DNA of 64,000 nucleotides from Candidatus Sericytochromatia bacterium (GTDB lineage Bacteria; Cyanobacteriota; Sericytochromatia; S15B-MN24; JAQBPE01), in NCBI GenBank assembly GCA_035285125.1, contig JAYKHR010000060.1, positions 9,293 to 73,292 of the forward strand, given 5' to 3'. The notes under the pieces were generated by a model. That model had not been told where the DNA came from and searched no databases. It saw nothing but the letters and a program-made list of their open reading frames with translations. The position numbers and the translations under genes are program-made. Positions 54,691-63,998 of this stretch are shown in pieces. Within the stretch, counting starts at the first letter, position 1; each line of letters starts with the position of its first letter.

Positions 54691-55757
54691 CGCAGCGCCC
54701 CCGGGGCCTCCGAGCCGAGCGCCATGCGCCGCTTCAGCTCGCCGATCGCGGTGACGGGGGTGGGGTCGTGGCCTCCGAGCAAGCCCAGGTAGACGCTGAC
54801 CCAGTCGCCCATATGAGCCAGCGTCAGCTGCCGGGCCAGCCCGTCCGCCCCCTCCCCTTCCAGGGTGTGAACACCGCCGAGCGAAGGGGCCAGCAGGTCG
54901 AGGGCGTGGCCGCGTTGCCGGCGCACGAAGTCGCTGTCGGCCGGGTCTGCCAGAGCCACGAGCGCGACGTGCGCGTGGGAGGCGGCGGACAGGTTGACGA
55001 TGTCGTTGTGGGTGAACTCGGGCAGCAGGCCGAGGTGGCTCGTGACCTTGGCGTTCTCGTTGAGCTGGCACTTCCAACGCGTCGCGATCGCCTCGGTGGT
55101 GGGCGTCGTGCCCAGCACGAAGGGGACCTTGCCGGCCAGCGAGAGGGCCAGCTGCTTGGCGGGGTTGGCCGCCGTCGGCACCGCCGGGGCGCAGCGGGCG
55201 CGGACGGCCCGCAGGGCCTCGACGGCGCCAGCCACGTTCGGCCGAGGGAAGCCCGCCACCTGGCCGACCACGCCGAGCAGGGCGCCCAAGAGGTCCCCCA
55301 TCGCGGCCCGCGGCTGCCACGCCCCCGGGAGAGACACGACAGGCACGCCGGCCTCCCCGGCCAGGCGGGCGGCCTCGCCACCGCTCGTCACGACCACCGA
55401 TGGCACGCCCCGGGCCAGGGCCTCGCGCAGCGCGCCCAAGGTCTCGCCCGTGTTCCCCGAGTAGCTCAGGAAGCAGGCGAGGGTGGACGCCCCCGCGTGG
55501 GCGGGCAGCCCGTCACCCCGGTGGACCGTGACGGCACACGTCGCGGCCGGGAGAGCCCAGGTGCGGACGACGTCGCCGCTGATCGCAGAGCCACCCATGC
55601 CGCAGACCAGCAGCTGGGTCGGCGACGAAAGCGGCAGGCGACAGGCCTCTCCCCGGGCGTAGGCTGCCTCGAGGACGTCGGGCAGGTCGTGGACCCGCCC
55701 GCACATGTCCTCGGCGTCGAGGCTGCTCAGGGTTTCCAGGTGGTCTAGTGACACCAT
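54687..55757 (-). CDS. Bifunctional phosphoglucose/phosphomannose isomerase (SIS-domain type)
   Basis: GMGGSAISGD, SYSGNTGET, QPRAA, RWKCQLNENAK, PEFTHNDI, DPTPVTAI. Confidence 0.92.
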   Translation of the reverse strand: MVSLDHLETLSSLDAEDMCGRVHDLPDVLEAAYARGEACRLPLSSPTQLLVCGMGGSAISGDVVRTWALPAATCAVTVHRGDGLPAHAGASTLACFLSYSGNTGETLGALREALARGVPSVVVTSGGEAARLAGEAGVPVVSLPGAWQPRAAMGDLLGALLGVVGQVAGFPRPNVAGAVEALRAVRARCAPAVPTAANPAKQLALSLAGKVPFVLGTTPTTEAIATRWKCQLNENAKVTSHLGLLPEFTHNDIVNLSAASHAHVALVALADPADSDFVRRQRGHALDLLAPSLGGVHTLEGEGADGLARQLTLAHMGDWVSVYLGLLGGHDPTPVTAIGELKRRMALGSEAPGALR

Positions 55758-55876
55758 GTGGCTTCCTTCGGGAACTGCGGACACGGGGCCTGGGCCCCGA
55801 TAAACGTACCACACCCCCTGCAGGCGGCGGCCCGACGGGTTGCACGAGCCGGGCCGTCAGCTCCGCTGAACCTGCC

Positions 55877-57619
55877 TCAGAACTTCACGCTGGTGGAGAC
55901 CGCGACCTGGTCGTGGGTGAACGGGGTGGGGTCGAGGAGGCCCTGCTGGCCGCCCCCGAACTTGCCCCGGGACCACGAGGCCGTGAGCACAGGCCAGTTG
56001 AGCAGCGCGAGGTCCGTCTGGACCGTCACGCCGGACGCCGACGCGTTGGCGAGGGCCCCCGCGGGGCCGCCACCCACCCCGGTCTGCTGGAGCGCCACCG
56101 TCACGCTGGGCACGATGAACACCGCCGGGCTGCGCAGCGCCACGCCCAGGGAGTCGAAGTCGGACCAGGCCCCCGTGCCGGGCCGGCGCTGAAACTCCTG
56201 AGCCCCGCCGGGCCCGGGCACCAGGGGGGCCAGTTGGCCGGCCAGCCAGCCGACGTGGGCGCCGAGGCCGAGCCCCAGGAGGTCGTTGGCGCCCAGCCGC
56301 AGGGCCGCCCGGCTCGGGCTCCAGTCGCCCGGCGTCAGGCTGCTGACGGCCAGCACCTCGCCCGCGAGCGCGAGGCCGTCGTCGCCCAGTTCGAAGGACG
56401 CCCCGGCCAGCTTGTCACGCCCGGCGGGCTGCAGCCACCGGTCCGTCTGGCCCGCGGCCACGGCCGAGAGCCTCACGGGCCCGACCTCCGTGCCCAGCGT
56501 GGCCGTGATTCGCGAGCCGTCTCCCCAGGTGGGCAGGCCGGGCAGGGACGTGGCGGTCAGCGGCGCGCCGCCCTGCACCAGCGGCCCGCTCAGCACCCCG
56601 CGGCTCACGGCGAGGCCGAGCCGCACGGGGCCGAGCAGGCCGTTGCCGGCCGCGAGCAGCGAGCCGTGGGGGGCATAGAGCGTGCTGTTGGCGGGGTCCA
56701 GCCAGTCTGCCGTCGGCGAGGTCCCCGCAAGCCAGAGCGGGGCGCCCTGCGGGGAGGTGGCTGCAACCACCGCGCCCGCGGTGTCCAGCGAGAGCCCTGG
56801 CGTCCCGACGAAGCCGAACCCGCCGGTGCCGTTGGTCCAGGCCGTGGCGCGGAAAGGGTCGAGGGCGGACGTCCCGAGCGTCAGGTGGTTGCGCAGCGCC
56901 CCCAGGCCCGCCACGCCCTGCCCCTGAGCGAACCGGAGGAGGGCCTCTGCGAGGTACACGTCCGTCACGGGAGCGGCCGAGGCACCGCGCAGGAAGGCGT
57001 TGGTGGCTGGGCTGGGGGCGTACACGTCGGCGTTCAGCACCCCCGTCAGCGTGAGGTCCTCCGGCAGAGGGGCCTCCAGCGTCAGCGACTGCCGGATGCG
57101 CACGTCGCCGGAGGGGGCGCCTGCCAGCGAGCCACGCGGGTCGGCCGTCCAGTCACGGTAGTCGAACCGCACCTGCCCCCCGAGCCGGGCGCGCTTCTCC
57201 ACGGTGGCCAGGCGTCCATCCAGCCCGTCGAGGCGCTCCTTCAAGGCGTCGAGTTCCTCGCGAAACTCGCGCTGGAGGCGCGCGATGGTGCGGAGGTCTT
57301 CCGGGCTGATGCCGGGGTCGGGGAGGGGCTGGCCCGTGGCGATCGCGATGCGCTTCTCCACCGTCGCCATGACCTTCGCGAGGGCCGCCGCCAGCTCGTT
57401 GCGGGTGACGGACCGGCTGCCACGGAACTTGCGGTCCGGGAAGCCGTCCATGACGCCGTAGCGCTCGGTCAGCGCCTGGATGGCCTGGTAGGCCCAGTGA
57501 TCCGGGCCTACGTCCCGCAACTCCGATACGGTGGTGGCCGCCTGGGCCGGGAGCGCCCCGGCGAGGCCCACCAGCACGAGGCTGGCAAGCAAGGGGAAGG
57601 CGAAGTGGCGGCGATGCAA
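55877..57619 (-). CDS. SLH-domain outer-membrane porin (cyanobacterial SomA/OmpM-like architecture)
   Basis: TTG start after AGGAGG; signal peptide; ELRDVGPDHWAYQAIQALTERYG..GFPD..FRG...TRNELAA; EDLRTIARLQREFREEL coiled coil; ends SVKF. Confidence 0.88.
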   Translation of the reverse strand: MHRRHFAFPLLASLVLVGLAGALPAQAATTVSELRDVGPDHWAYQAIQALTERYGVMDGFPDRKFRGSRSVTRNELAAALAKVMATVEKRIAIATGQPLPDPGISPEDLRTIARLQREFREELDALKERLDGLDGRLATVEKRARLGGQVRFDYRDWTADPRGSLAGAPSGDVRIRQSLTLEAPLPEDLTLTGVLNADVYAPSPATNAFLRGASAAPVTDVYLAEALLRFAQGQGVAGLGALRNHLTLGTSALDPFRATAWTNGTGGFGFVGTPGLSLDTAGAVVAATSPQGAPLWLAGTSPTADWLDPANSTLYAPHGSLLAAGNGLLGPVRLGLAVSRGVLSGPLVQGGAPLTATSLPGLPTWGDGSRITATLGTEVGPVRLSAVAAGQTDRWLQPAGRDKLAGASFELGDDGLALAGEVLAVSSLTPGDWSPSRAALRLGANDLLGLGLGAHVGWLAGQLAPLVPGPGGAQEFQRRPGTGAWSDFDSLGVALRSPAVFIVPSVTVALQQTGVGGGPAGALANASASGVTVQTDLALLNWPVLTASWSRGKFGGGQQGLLDPTPFTHDQVAVSTSVKF

Positions 57620-57776
57620 AGGAACCTCCTCGGCCCACGTCGGGCATCTTCCTTGGTACCGCGAGGGCGGCGGCGGGTGCAGTGACCCCTCGCACCGCCC
57701 CGGGCGCCTCGGCAGGTTGCCATGTGGGGCCGGTCGGGGCATCATGGGGCCACCCGCCGACGACCGCCGAGCCCCC

Positions 57777-58667
57777 ATGAACCCAGCGCCTGCCTTCGAC
57801 CTCGAGACCTACTGGGACGGCTGGCGCGGCCGGCTGGAGCAGGCCCTCGATCGCCTGACGCCCGTCAGCGAGCCCGCCTTGCTCTGGGAGGCAATGCGCT
57901 ACAGCCTCCTGGCCGGTGGCAAGCGACTCCGGCCGATGCTCACGCTGGCGACGCTCGAGGCCCTGGGGCGGGACGCCGCGCCCGCCGTGCCCGCGGCCTG
58001 CGCGCTCGAGCTCATCCACACCCAGAGCCTCGTCCACGACGACCTGCCGGCCATGGACGACGACGCCCTGCGACGCGGCAAGCCCACCAACCACGTGGTG
58101 TACGGCGAGGGCAATGCCATCCTGGCGGGGGATGGTCTGCTGGCCTGGGCCTTCGCCGTGCTGGCGCAAGCCGGCCGGGCCTACCCGCCGGCGGCCGTGC
58201 TCGCTGCGCAGGCCGAGCTGGCTGAGGCGACGCTGGGCATGATAGGCGGGCAGGTGGTGGACCTGGCCTCCGAGGGGCAGGCCGTCACGCCGGAGACGCT
58301 CGCCTTCATCCACCACCACAAGACCGGGTGCCTGATCCGTGCGGCGGTCCGGATCGGGGCGCTGCTCGGGGAGGCCACGCCCGTCGCGCGCGTCGAGCTC
58401 GATCGCTACGCTGAGGCCCTCGGCCTGGCCTTTCAGATAGCCGACGACATCCTCGACTGCACCCGCAGCGCCGAGGAGCTGGGCAAGACCCCGGGCAAGG
58501 ATGCCGCGGCCGGCAAGGCCACCTACGTCGCGCAGTACGGCCTCGAGGCTGCCCGGGAGCGGCTGACGGCCGAGGTCGAGGCAGCCGGCGCTGCGCTGGC
58601 CAACTGGGGCCCCGGCGCGGATCCGCTGCGGGCGCTCGCGCGTCACGTCGCGGCCCAGGTGGGCTGA
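57777..58667 (+). CDS. ispA: Farnesyl/geranylgeranyl diphosphate synthase
   Basis: GGKRLRP, SLVHDDLPAMDDDALRRGKPTNH, GQVVDL, KTG, FQIADDILD, GKTPGKD. Confidence 0.95.
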   Translation: MNPAPAFDLETYWDGWRGRLEQALDRLTPVSEPALLWEAMRYSLLAGGKRLRPMLTLATLEALGRDAAPAVPAACALELIHTQSLVHDDLPAMDDDALRRGKPTNHVVYGEGNAILAGDGLLAWAFAVLAQAGRAYPPAAVLAAQAELAEATLGMIGGQVVDLASEGQAVTPETLAFIHHHKTGCLIRAAVRIGALLGEATPVARVELDRYAEALGLAFQIADDILDCTRSAEELGKTPGKDAAAGKATYVAQYGLEAARERLTAEVEAAGAALANWGPGADPLRALARHVAAQVG

Positions 58668-58670
58668 GCC

Positions 58671-59549
58671 TTGGCCGGGGCGGGTCGCCGCGGGGGAGAC
58701 GCGCCGGCGGGGGCGAAGCGCAGGCTCGACCAGCTGCTGGTCGAGCGCGGGCTGTACGGCTCGCGGGAGCGGGCGCAGGCGGCCATCATGGCTGGCCTGG
58801 TGAAGGTCGGTGGGCAGGTGGCCACCAAGGCCGGGCTGCCCGTGGGGCCAGAGGCCGCGGTGGAGGTCGCGGGCGAGGCGCACCCCTACGTCAGCCGGGG
58901 CGGCCTCAAGCTGGAGCGGGCCCTGGCCGCGTTCGGGGTGGACCCGGCTGGCCGCGTCGTGCTGGACGCGGGCGCTTCAACGGGCGGCTTCACGGACCTG
59001 TGCCTTCAGCGGGGGGCCCGCCGCGTGTACGCCGTGGACGTGGGATACGGCCAGCTGGCCTGGAGCCTGCGCCAGGATCCGCGCGTGGTGGTGATGGAGC
59101 GCACGAACGTGCGCCACCTGACGGCAGAGGCCCTCGAGGAGCCCCCGTCCCTGATCGTGGCCGACCTCAGCTTCATCTCGCTCGACAAGGTGCTGCCGGC
59201 CTTCGTGGCGCTGCTGGCGCCGGGCGGCGAGGCCATCACCCTGATCAAGCCCCAGTTCGAGGTCGGGAAGGGGCAGACGGACGGGGGCGTCGTGCGCGCG
59301 CCACGGGCGCATCGCGACGTGCTGGCGCGCGTCGTCGGCCAGGCGGCGGCGTTGGGCTGGGGCCTGGTGGGGCTGACGGCCTCGCCCATCAAGGGGCCGG
59401 AGGGCAACATCGAGTTCCTGGCCCACTGGCGCCCCGGGCCGGGGGTGGCCGTCGACCTCGACGCCGTCGTCGCGGCCGCGCACGCGCCTCCGGTTGCCCC
59501 CCCGTCGGCCACCGGGGAAACCGGGGGCACCCCCCCCGAGCGGAGCTGA
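58671..59549 (+). CDS. tlyA: TlyA-family rRNA 2'-O-methyltransferase
   Basis: S4 domain RLDQLL, YVSRGGLKL, DAGASTGGFTD, AVDVGYGQL, DLSFISL, LIKPQFE, SPIKGPEGNIEFL. Confidence 0.96.
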   Translation: MAGAGRRGGDAPAGAKRRLDQLLVERGLYGSRERAQAAIMAGLVKVGGQVATKAGLPVGPEAAVEVAGEAHPYVSRGGLKLERALAAFGVDPAGRVVLDAGASTGGFTDLCLQRGARRVYAVDVGYGQLAWSLRQDPRVVVMERTNVRHLTAEALEEPPSLIVADLSFISLDKVLPAFVALLAPGGEAITLIKPQFEVGKGQTDGGVVRAPRAHRDVLARVVGQAAALGWGLVGLTASPIKGPEGNIEFLAHWRPGPGVAVDLDAVVAAAHAPPVAPPSATGETGGTPPERS

Positions 59550-59553
59550 GCCC

Positions 59554-60405
59554 ATGCAGCGCGTCGTCGTCGTCCACGCCGAGAACAAGCCGCGGATGTC
59601 CGCCTACCTGGCGGAGCTGCGCGACTGGGCGGCCGAGCTCGGCTGGACGCTGACGGCCATGAGCGCCCGCACGCCCGACCCGGACGTGGTCGCGGGGGCG
59701 AAGCTCGTGCTCGTGCTCGGGGGCGACGGCACCTTCCTCACGGCCGCGAGGCTCGCGAGCGGTGCCCCCGAGGGCCCCATCCCCCTGCTCGGCGTCGACC
59801 TCGGGCGGCTGGGCTTCCTCTCGGAGGTGACCTTCCACGAACTGCCGGCTGCGCTGGAGCGCTTTGCCGCCGGGGACTACCGCCTGGAGGATCGCACGAT
59901 GATGCACGCCGTGGCCTTCCGGCAGGGTGAGGTGCTCGGGGAGGGCTACGCCCTGAACGACTGCGTGGTCACGAAGGGGGCCTTCTCCCGGCTGGTGGAG
60001 CTCTCGACCTACGTCGACGGGGCCTACCTCACGACCTACGACGCCGATGGCCTGATCGTCGCCACGCCCACCGGCTCGACGGCCTACGCCCTCTCCGCCG
60101 GGGGGCCGCTGCTGACGCCGAACCTGCCGGTCTTCGTGCTCGCCCCCATCTGCCCGCACTCGCTGTCCGCGCGCCCCATCGTGCTCTCGGACCAGGTCGC
60201 GATCCGGGTGGTGATCGAGTCGCCGACGGACCTGGAGCTGGTGCTGACGGCCGACGGCCAGCCCGCGATCCCGGTCCGAGTGGGGGATCACGTCACGTTC
60301 ACGCGCGCGTCGCGCTACGCGCGGCTGGTGAAGTTCGACCGCATCGACTTCTACGCGCGGCTCCAGAGCAAGCTGGGCTGGGGGCCCATCCGGCGGCCGG
60401 GCTGA
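59554..60405 (+). CDS. nadK: NAD(+) kinase
   Basis: LGGDGTFL, GRLGFL, ALND, DGLIVATPTGSTAYALSAGGP, PICPHSL. Confidence 0.96.
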   Translation: MQRVVVVHAENKPRMSAYLAELRDWAAELGWTLTAMSARTPDPDVVAGAKLVLVLGGDGTFLTAARLASGAPEGPIPLLGVDLGRLGFLSEVTFHELPAALERFAAGDYRLEDRTMMHAVAFRQGEVLGEGYALNDCVVTKGAFSRLVELSTYVDGAYLTTYDADGLIVATPTGSTAYALSAGGPLLTPNLPVFVLAPICPHSLSARPIVLSDQVAIRVVIESPTDLELVLTADGQPAIPVRVGDHVTFTRASRYARLVKFDRIDFYARLQSKLGWGPIRRPG

Positions 60406-60406
60406 G

Positions 60407-60940
60407 TCAGCTCAGCGCCTCCCGGACCTTGGCCTTGGTGGCCTTGTAGAACTCGCTGCCCTTCACGAGGCGGTCGGCCACGTAGAACGTGCCGAACCCC
60501 AGCACCACCGAGGCGATCGTCAGGGCCGGGCCCGCGCCCATCACCGAGCCGAGGGCGATCGTGCCCAGCGTCGAGACGGTGGCGCCGGCCGCGCCGCCCA
60601 CCACGTTCGACAACAGGTCTCCCGCGACCGCCGCGCCCGCGTCCGGCACGCTCGACTTCCGCAGCAACACCGCGCCCAGGTTCCAGCCCACCGACAGGAT
60701 GCCCGTGAACCACAACGCGCCGCGCAGGTTCCCGGCCACGGAGGCCCCGACGGCCCGCGTGGCGGCGTAGGCCTTGCCCGCGGCCGTGGTGCGGCCAGCC
60801 ACCTGGGTGTAGGCATCCGCGCCGAGGCCCGCGGCCTCGAGCCTGTCGGCCATGCGCTGGAGGGCTTCCTCCCGCGTGGCCGCGGTGGCGGCAGGGCCGG
60901 GGGAGGCGGGGGCGGCAGCGGGCTGGCGGACGGTGGTCAT
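60407..60940 (-). CDS. Hypothetical membrane protein with glycine-zipper-like helices
   Basis: GGAAGA and GxxxG-rich hydrophobic helices; good codon bias. Confidence 0.7.
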   Translation of the reverse strand: MTTVRQPAAAPASPGPAATAATREEALQRMADRLEAAGLGADAYTQVAGRTTAAGKAYAATRAVGASVAGNLRGALWFTGILSVGWNLGAVLLRKSSVPDAGAAVAGDLLSNVVGGAAGATVSTLGTIALGSVMGAGPALTIASVVLGFGTFYVADRLVKGSEFYKATKAKVREALS

Positions 60941-61001
60941 CTGGGAGGCCTCTGGACAACGCGGGGGCACCCTCCTTGTCGTGCAGACGGTCCGAAAATT
61001 T

Positions 61002-61030
61002 CTTATCCGGTGGTTAATTTGCTGTTAATT
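61002..61030. promoter_or_regulatory. Three TTAA-like boxes at 11-bp period upstream of the 60940 gene
   Basis: TTAT 61003, TTAA 61014, TTAA 61025. Confidence 0.55.
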
Positions 61031-61132
61031 GTTTCGTCGGCCGGGCCTTCTTGGATTCCCCTGGGGGGCGCTTCGTTGGGCTGAGGATGCGCTGCGTCGC
61101 CTCACCCCGGCGCTGGGGCTGGCGCTCCCCCC

Positions 61133-63763
61133 TCACAGGTCTGCTGCCGGAATCCGCTTGATCTGCCGGTTCCCGGTGTCGAGGAAGAACAGGTCGCCGG
61201 CGGGGCTGAAGCGAAGGGCCCTGGAGCCCTTCAGGCCGTCGTCGACGCCGGTGCCGGTGAAGGCCTTGCCGCCAGGGCCCGCGATGACCTCGGTCTGGCC
61301 CGTTCTCGGATCCCAGCGTTTGATGCCGCCGTTGTAGCTGCCCTCGTACCAGCGCCCTCGTGCGTCGACCACCTCGGGAAAGACCTCGGCCGTCGGCAGG
61401 GCGGCCCCGAAGGCGCCATCCACGTAGGGCAGGAAGGCGCGCGTCGAGGTCTTGAAGTCCGCGCTGTAGGTCGTCTTGATGACGAGCTGCGTGCCCTCGT
61501 GCGTGAAGCCGACGTTCTCGCCCGAGTTGCTGTAGCCGAGGTAGCCGGTGGCCAGCGTGGCCTCGCTCATGATCTCGCGGGCGGCCCCCTGCAGGTCCAC
61601 GATCAGCAGCCGTTGGGGGTGCTTGTCGACGCCCTCGTGGCGCTGCTCGACGACCAGCAGCTCGCCCCGGGGCGTGATGCGCATCCCCGCGATGTTGGCT
61701 GCCGCCCGGTAGAACGGCTGCACCGTCCCCCCGGGGCCCAGCTTGAGGAGGGCATCGCAGTCCTCGTCCCCCTTGTAGGACTGGAAAACGCGGATGCCGC
61801 GCAGGACGACGGTGCCGTCGGGCAGCACGATCACGCCGTCGATCGTGAAGGCCGCGCCGCCCTTGGGGTCCGGCACGGGGCCCAGCTTGGCGAGCTCGAC
61901 GGGTTCCTCACCCAGCTTGCGGCGGGTGAGCGCGCCGTCTGCGGCGAGGACGAGCTGGCCGTCGGGCAGGAAGCCGTAGCCCATCGGCACGGCGTTGCCG
62001 TACTGGTAGGTGGCGCTCGGACGCTTGCCGGCCAGGTGAGTCTCGACGCCGTCCTTCACGCGCACCACGCGACCGTCTCGGGCGATCAGCACGCTGCCGT
62101 CCCGGCCCATGGTGAAGGGCACGAGGGACGGCACGTCGGGGCGCCGCGGATCCTCTGCCGCCCCCGCCCCGAGGTGCTCGCGCGTCTGGTTGCTCGCGTC
62201 CGAGTAGAACAGGCGTCCCGTTGCGTCCATCCACGGCCAGCGGCCGCCGTTGGGAAAGGCCGTGAGCTTGGTGCTTTGCCCCGTGGCGGGGTCGAGCTCC
62301 CAGACCGCCGGCACGGGGCTCCAGTCGAGGCCCCCATAGCGCACCTTGCCGTCCGGCAGGCGCACGATCGCGCGGATGGTGACGCCCGTGCTGGCGTTGC
62401 TGGGCAGGTCTGGCCCCGGCTGGGCCGGCTTGCCGGGCTCCCAGGTCCAGGTCTTGCCGGCCTGGCCGTAACGGCCGCTCAGCAGCCAGAACTTGCCGCC
62501 GTCGAGCGCCAGCGCCGCGAGGAGGTCGGGTACCCCCGGCTCCAGGCGCTCCAGCGTGCCGTCGAGGCCAATGCGCCAGAGCCGCTCAGGGCCACCGGCG
62601 GGCCGCTCGAGGGCGAGCAGCCGGCCGTCTGGCGTGAGCGTGAGCCGATCGACCGCGCCCACGTCTTGACCGGCGGCCGCGTCCGGCTTGCGCCCGGCGA
62701 GCGTGCGCGCGGTGCCGTCGGTTTCCAGCCGCCAGAGCCGCTGGTCGCCAAACGCGTTGATCACGAGGGTGCCGTCGGGGGCCTCGAGCACGTGCCGCAC
62801 GTCCGGCAGCGTCACCTCGCGGCCCGGCAGCCCCTCCCCGAGGTTCGAGAGGCCGGCCACGATCAGCAGCTTCTTCACGACCTCCAGCTGCCCGTCGAGC
62901 TTGGCGTCCTGCCTCCGAAGGGCCTCCACGGAGGCGGCGACGGCGGCCTGCGTCAGCGTCACGGCCCCGAGGTTGGCAGCCGCCGAGGCGGTGATGGCGA
63001 CGGTCTCCGCCTCGATTGGCGCGGGCAGGCGGTTGAGCGTGGCCTGCGGGTCCTGCTGCGGCCGGACGAACCTCTCGAGCACGTAGCCAGCCACCAGCGT
63101 CGTGGGCACCGAGAGGTCCGCCTCCCTGACCCCACTGGCGATGATGCGCGTCAGGGCCGCCTGCTGGGCCGAGCGACCGGCCTGCACCACCACGTGGTGG
63201 GCGGGCAGCGGCTCGGTGAAGGCGTAGCGGCCCTCCGCGTCCGTGCGGGTCCGCAGCTCGCGGCCATCCGCCGTCTTCACCACGGCGCCGGTGGCGTCCA
63301 GCACGGCCACCTCGACGTTCGCCACCAGCGCCTCGGGCTCGGCGCTGGCCTGGCGCAGGCGGTAGCCGCTCCCGCGGTCCGAGATGAGCGAGCCGCCCGC
63401 GTCTCCGATGAGCCCGCCGCCGTTGTTGGCGACGATCGAGCCGCCCATGTCGCTGATGAGGCGAACGGGGGCGCGCACCACGCCGGTGAGCGTCGCCAGG
63501 GTGGCTGGCTTCGTGCCGACGCTCGGGAAGGGGGACGGCGCCACCGGGGCGGGCGGCGAGGGGGACGTGGCGCCGGCCGGGGGCTCTCCTGGGGGCGAGG
63601 CGGCGGTGTTGGGAGCAACCCCCGTGGGGGGGCTCGCCTGGGGCGCACCAGCCGGCCGCGGTCGGGTGGCTCCCGGGGCGGTGGGCGTGGCGCCGGGCGA
63701 GCAGGCCACCTGGGTGACGAGCAGGAAGCAGAGGAAGGCTTGGCGGGGGTGCGGGCGTGCCAT
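61133..63763 (-). CDS. Large lipoprotein with a Pro-rich linker, an 8-aa Gly/Asn/Asp repeat and NHL-like beta-propeller repeats
   Basis: QVAC lipobox; LISDMGGS-IVANNGGG-LIGDAGGS-LISDRGSG; TDAEGRY; propeller blades such as LRFSPAGDLFFLDTGNRQIKRI. Confidence 0.82.
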   Translation of the reverse strand: MARPHPRQAFLCFLLVTQVACSPGATPTAPGATRPRPAGAPQASPPTGVAPNTAASPPGEPPAGATSPSPPAPVAPSPFPSVGTKPATLATLTGVVRAPVRLISDMGGSIVANNGGGLIGDAGGSLISDRGSGYRLRQASAEPEALVANVEVAVLDATGAVVKTADGRELRTRTDAEGRYAFTEPLPAHHVVVQAGRSAQQAALTRIIASGVREADLSVPTTLVAGYVLERFVRPQQDPQATLNRLPAPIEAETVAITASAAANLGAVTLTQAAVAASVEALRRQDAKLDGQLEVVKKLLIVAGLSNLGEGLPGREVTLPDVRHVLEAPDGTLVINAFGDQRLWRLETDGTARTLAGRKPDAAAGQDVGAVDRLTLTPDGRLLALERPAGGPERLWRIGLDGTLERLEPGVPDLLAALALDGGKFWLLSGRYGQAGKTWTWEPGKPAQPGPDLPSNASTGVTIRAIVRLPDGKVRYGGLDWSPVPAVWELDPATGQSTKLTAFPNGGRWPWMDATGRLFYSDASNQTREHLGAGAAEDPRRPDVPSLVPFTMGRDGSVLIARDGRVVRVKDGVETHLAGKRPSATYQYGNAVPMGYGFLPDGQLVLAADGALTRRKLGEEPVELAKLGPVPDPKGGAAFTIDGVIVLPDGTVVLRGIRVFQSYKGDEDCDALLKLGPGGTVQPFYRAAANIAGMRITPRGELLVVEQRHEGVDKHPQRLLIVDLQGAAREIMSEATLATGYLGYSNSGENVGFTHEGTQLVIKTTYSADFKTSTRAFLPYVDGAFGAALPTAEVFPEVVDARGRWYEGSYNGGIKRWDPRTGQTEVIAGPGGKAFTGTGVDDGLKGSRALRFSPAGDLFFLDTGNRQIKRIPAADL

Positions 63764-63857
63764 CACCCTCCATTGTTCCCTGCGGCATGGGGCTTACACC
63801 CGGCCGTGTGCGGCCCCTGGCTTCACCCCTCGTGCCTGCGATCTTCGACAAACCGGC

Positions 63858-63998
63858 TCATCGCCCGCGCGCCGCCGCCTGGCGGCCGACGACGGGCGCC
63901 GCCACCGCGGCGGCGATGCCCTGGAAGGCCTGCTCGAACTCGTCGCTCGGGGGCATCCCGAGGTGCGCCTTCAGCGCCTTGCGGCAGTCCCAGTAGAC
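63858..63998 (-). CDS. 3' end of a BTAD (SARP-type transcriptional activator) domain protein, truncated by the window edge
   Basis: Minus-strand frame reads VYWDCRKALKAHLGMPPSDEFEQAF...*, matching the BTAD C-terminal YxxCRxxLxxxLGxxPS pattern. Not in the supplied ORF track. Confidence 0.7.
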   Translation of the reverse strand, partial: VYWDCRKALKAHLGMPPSDEFEQAFQGIAAAVAAPVVGRQAAARGR

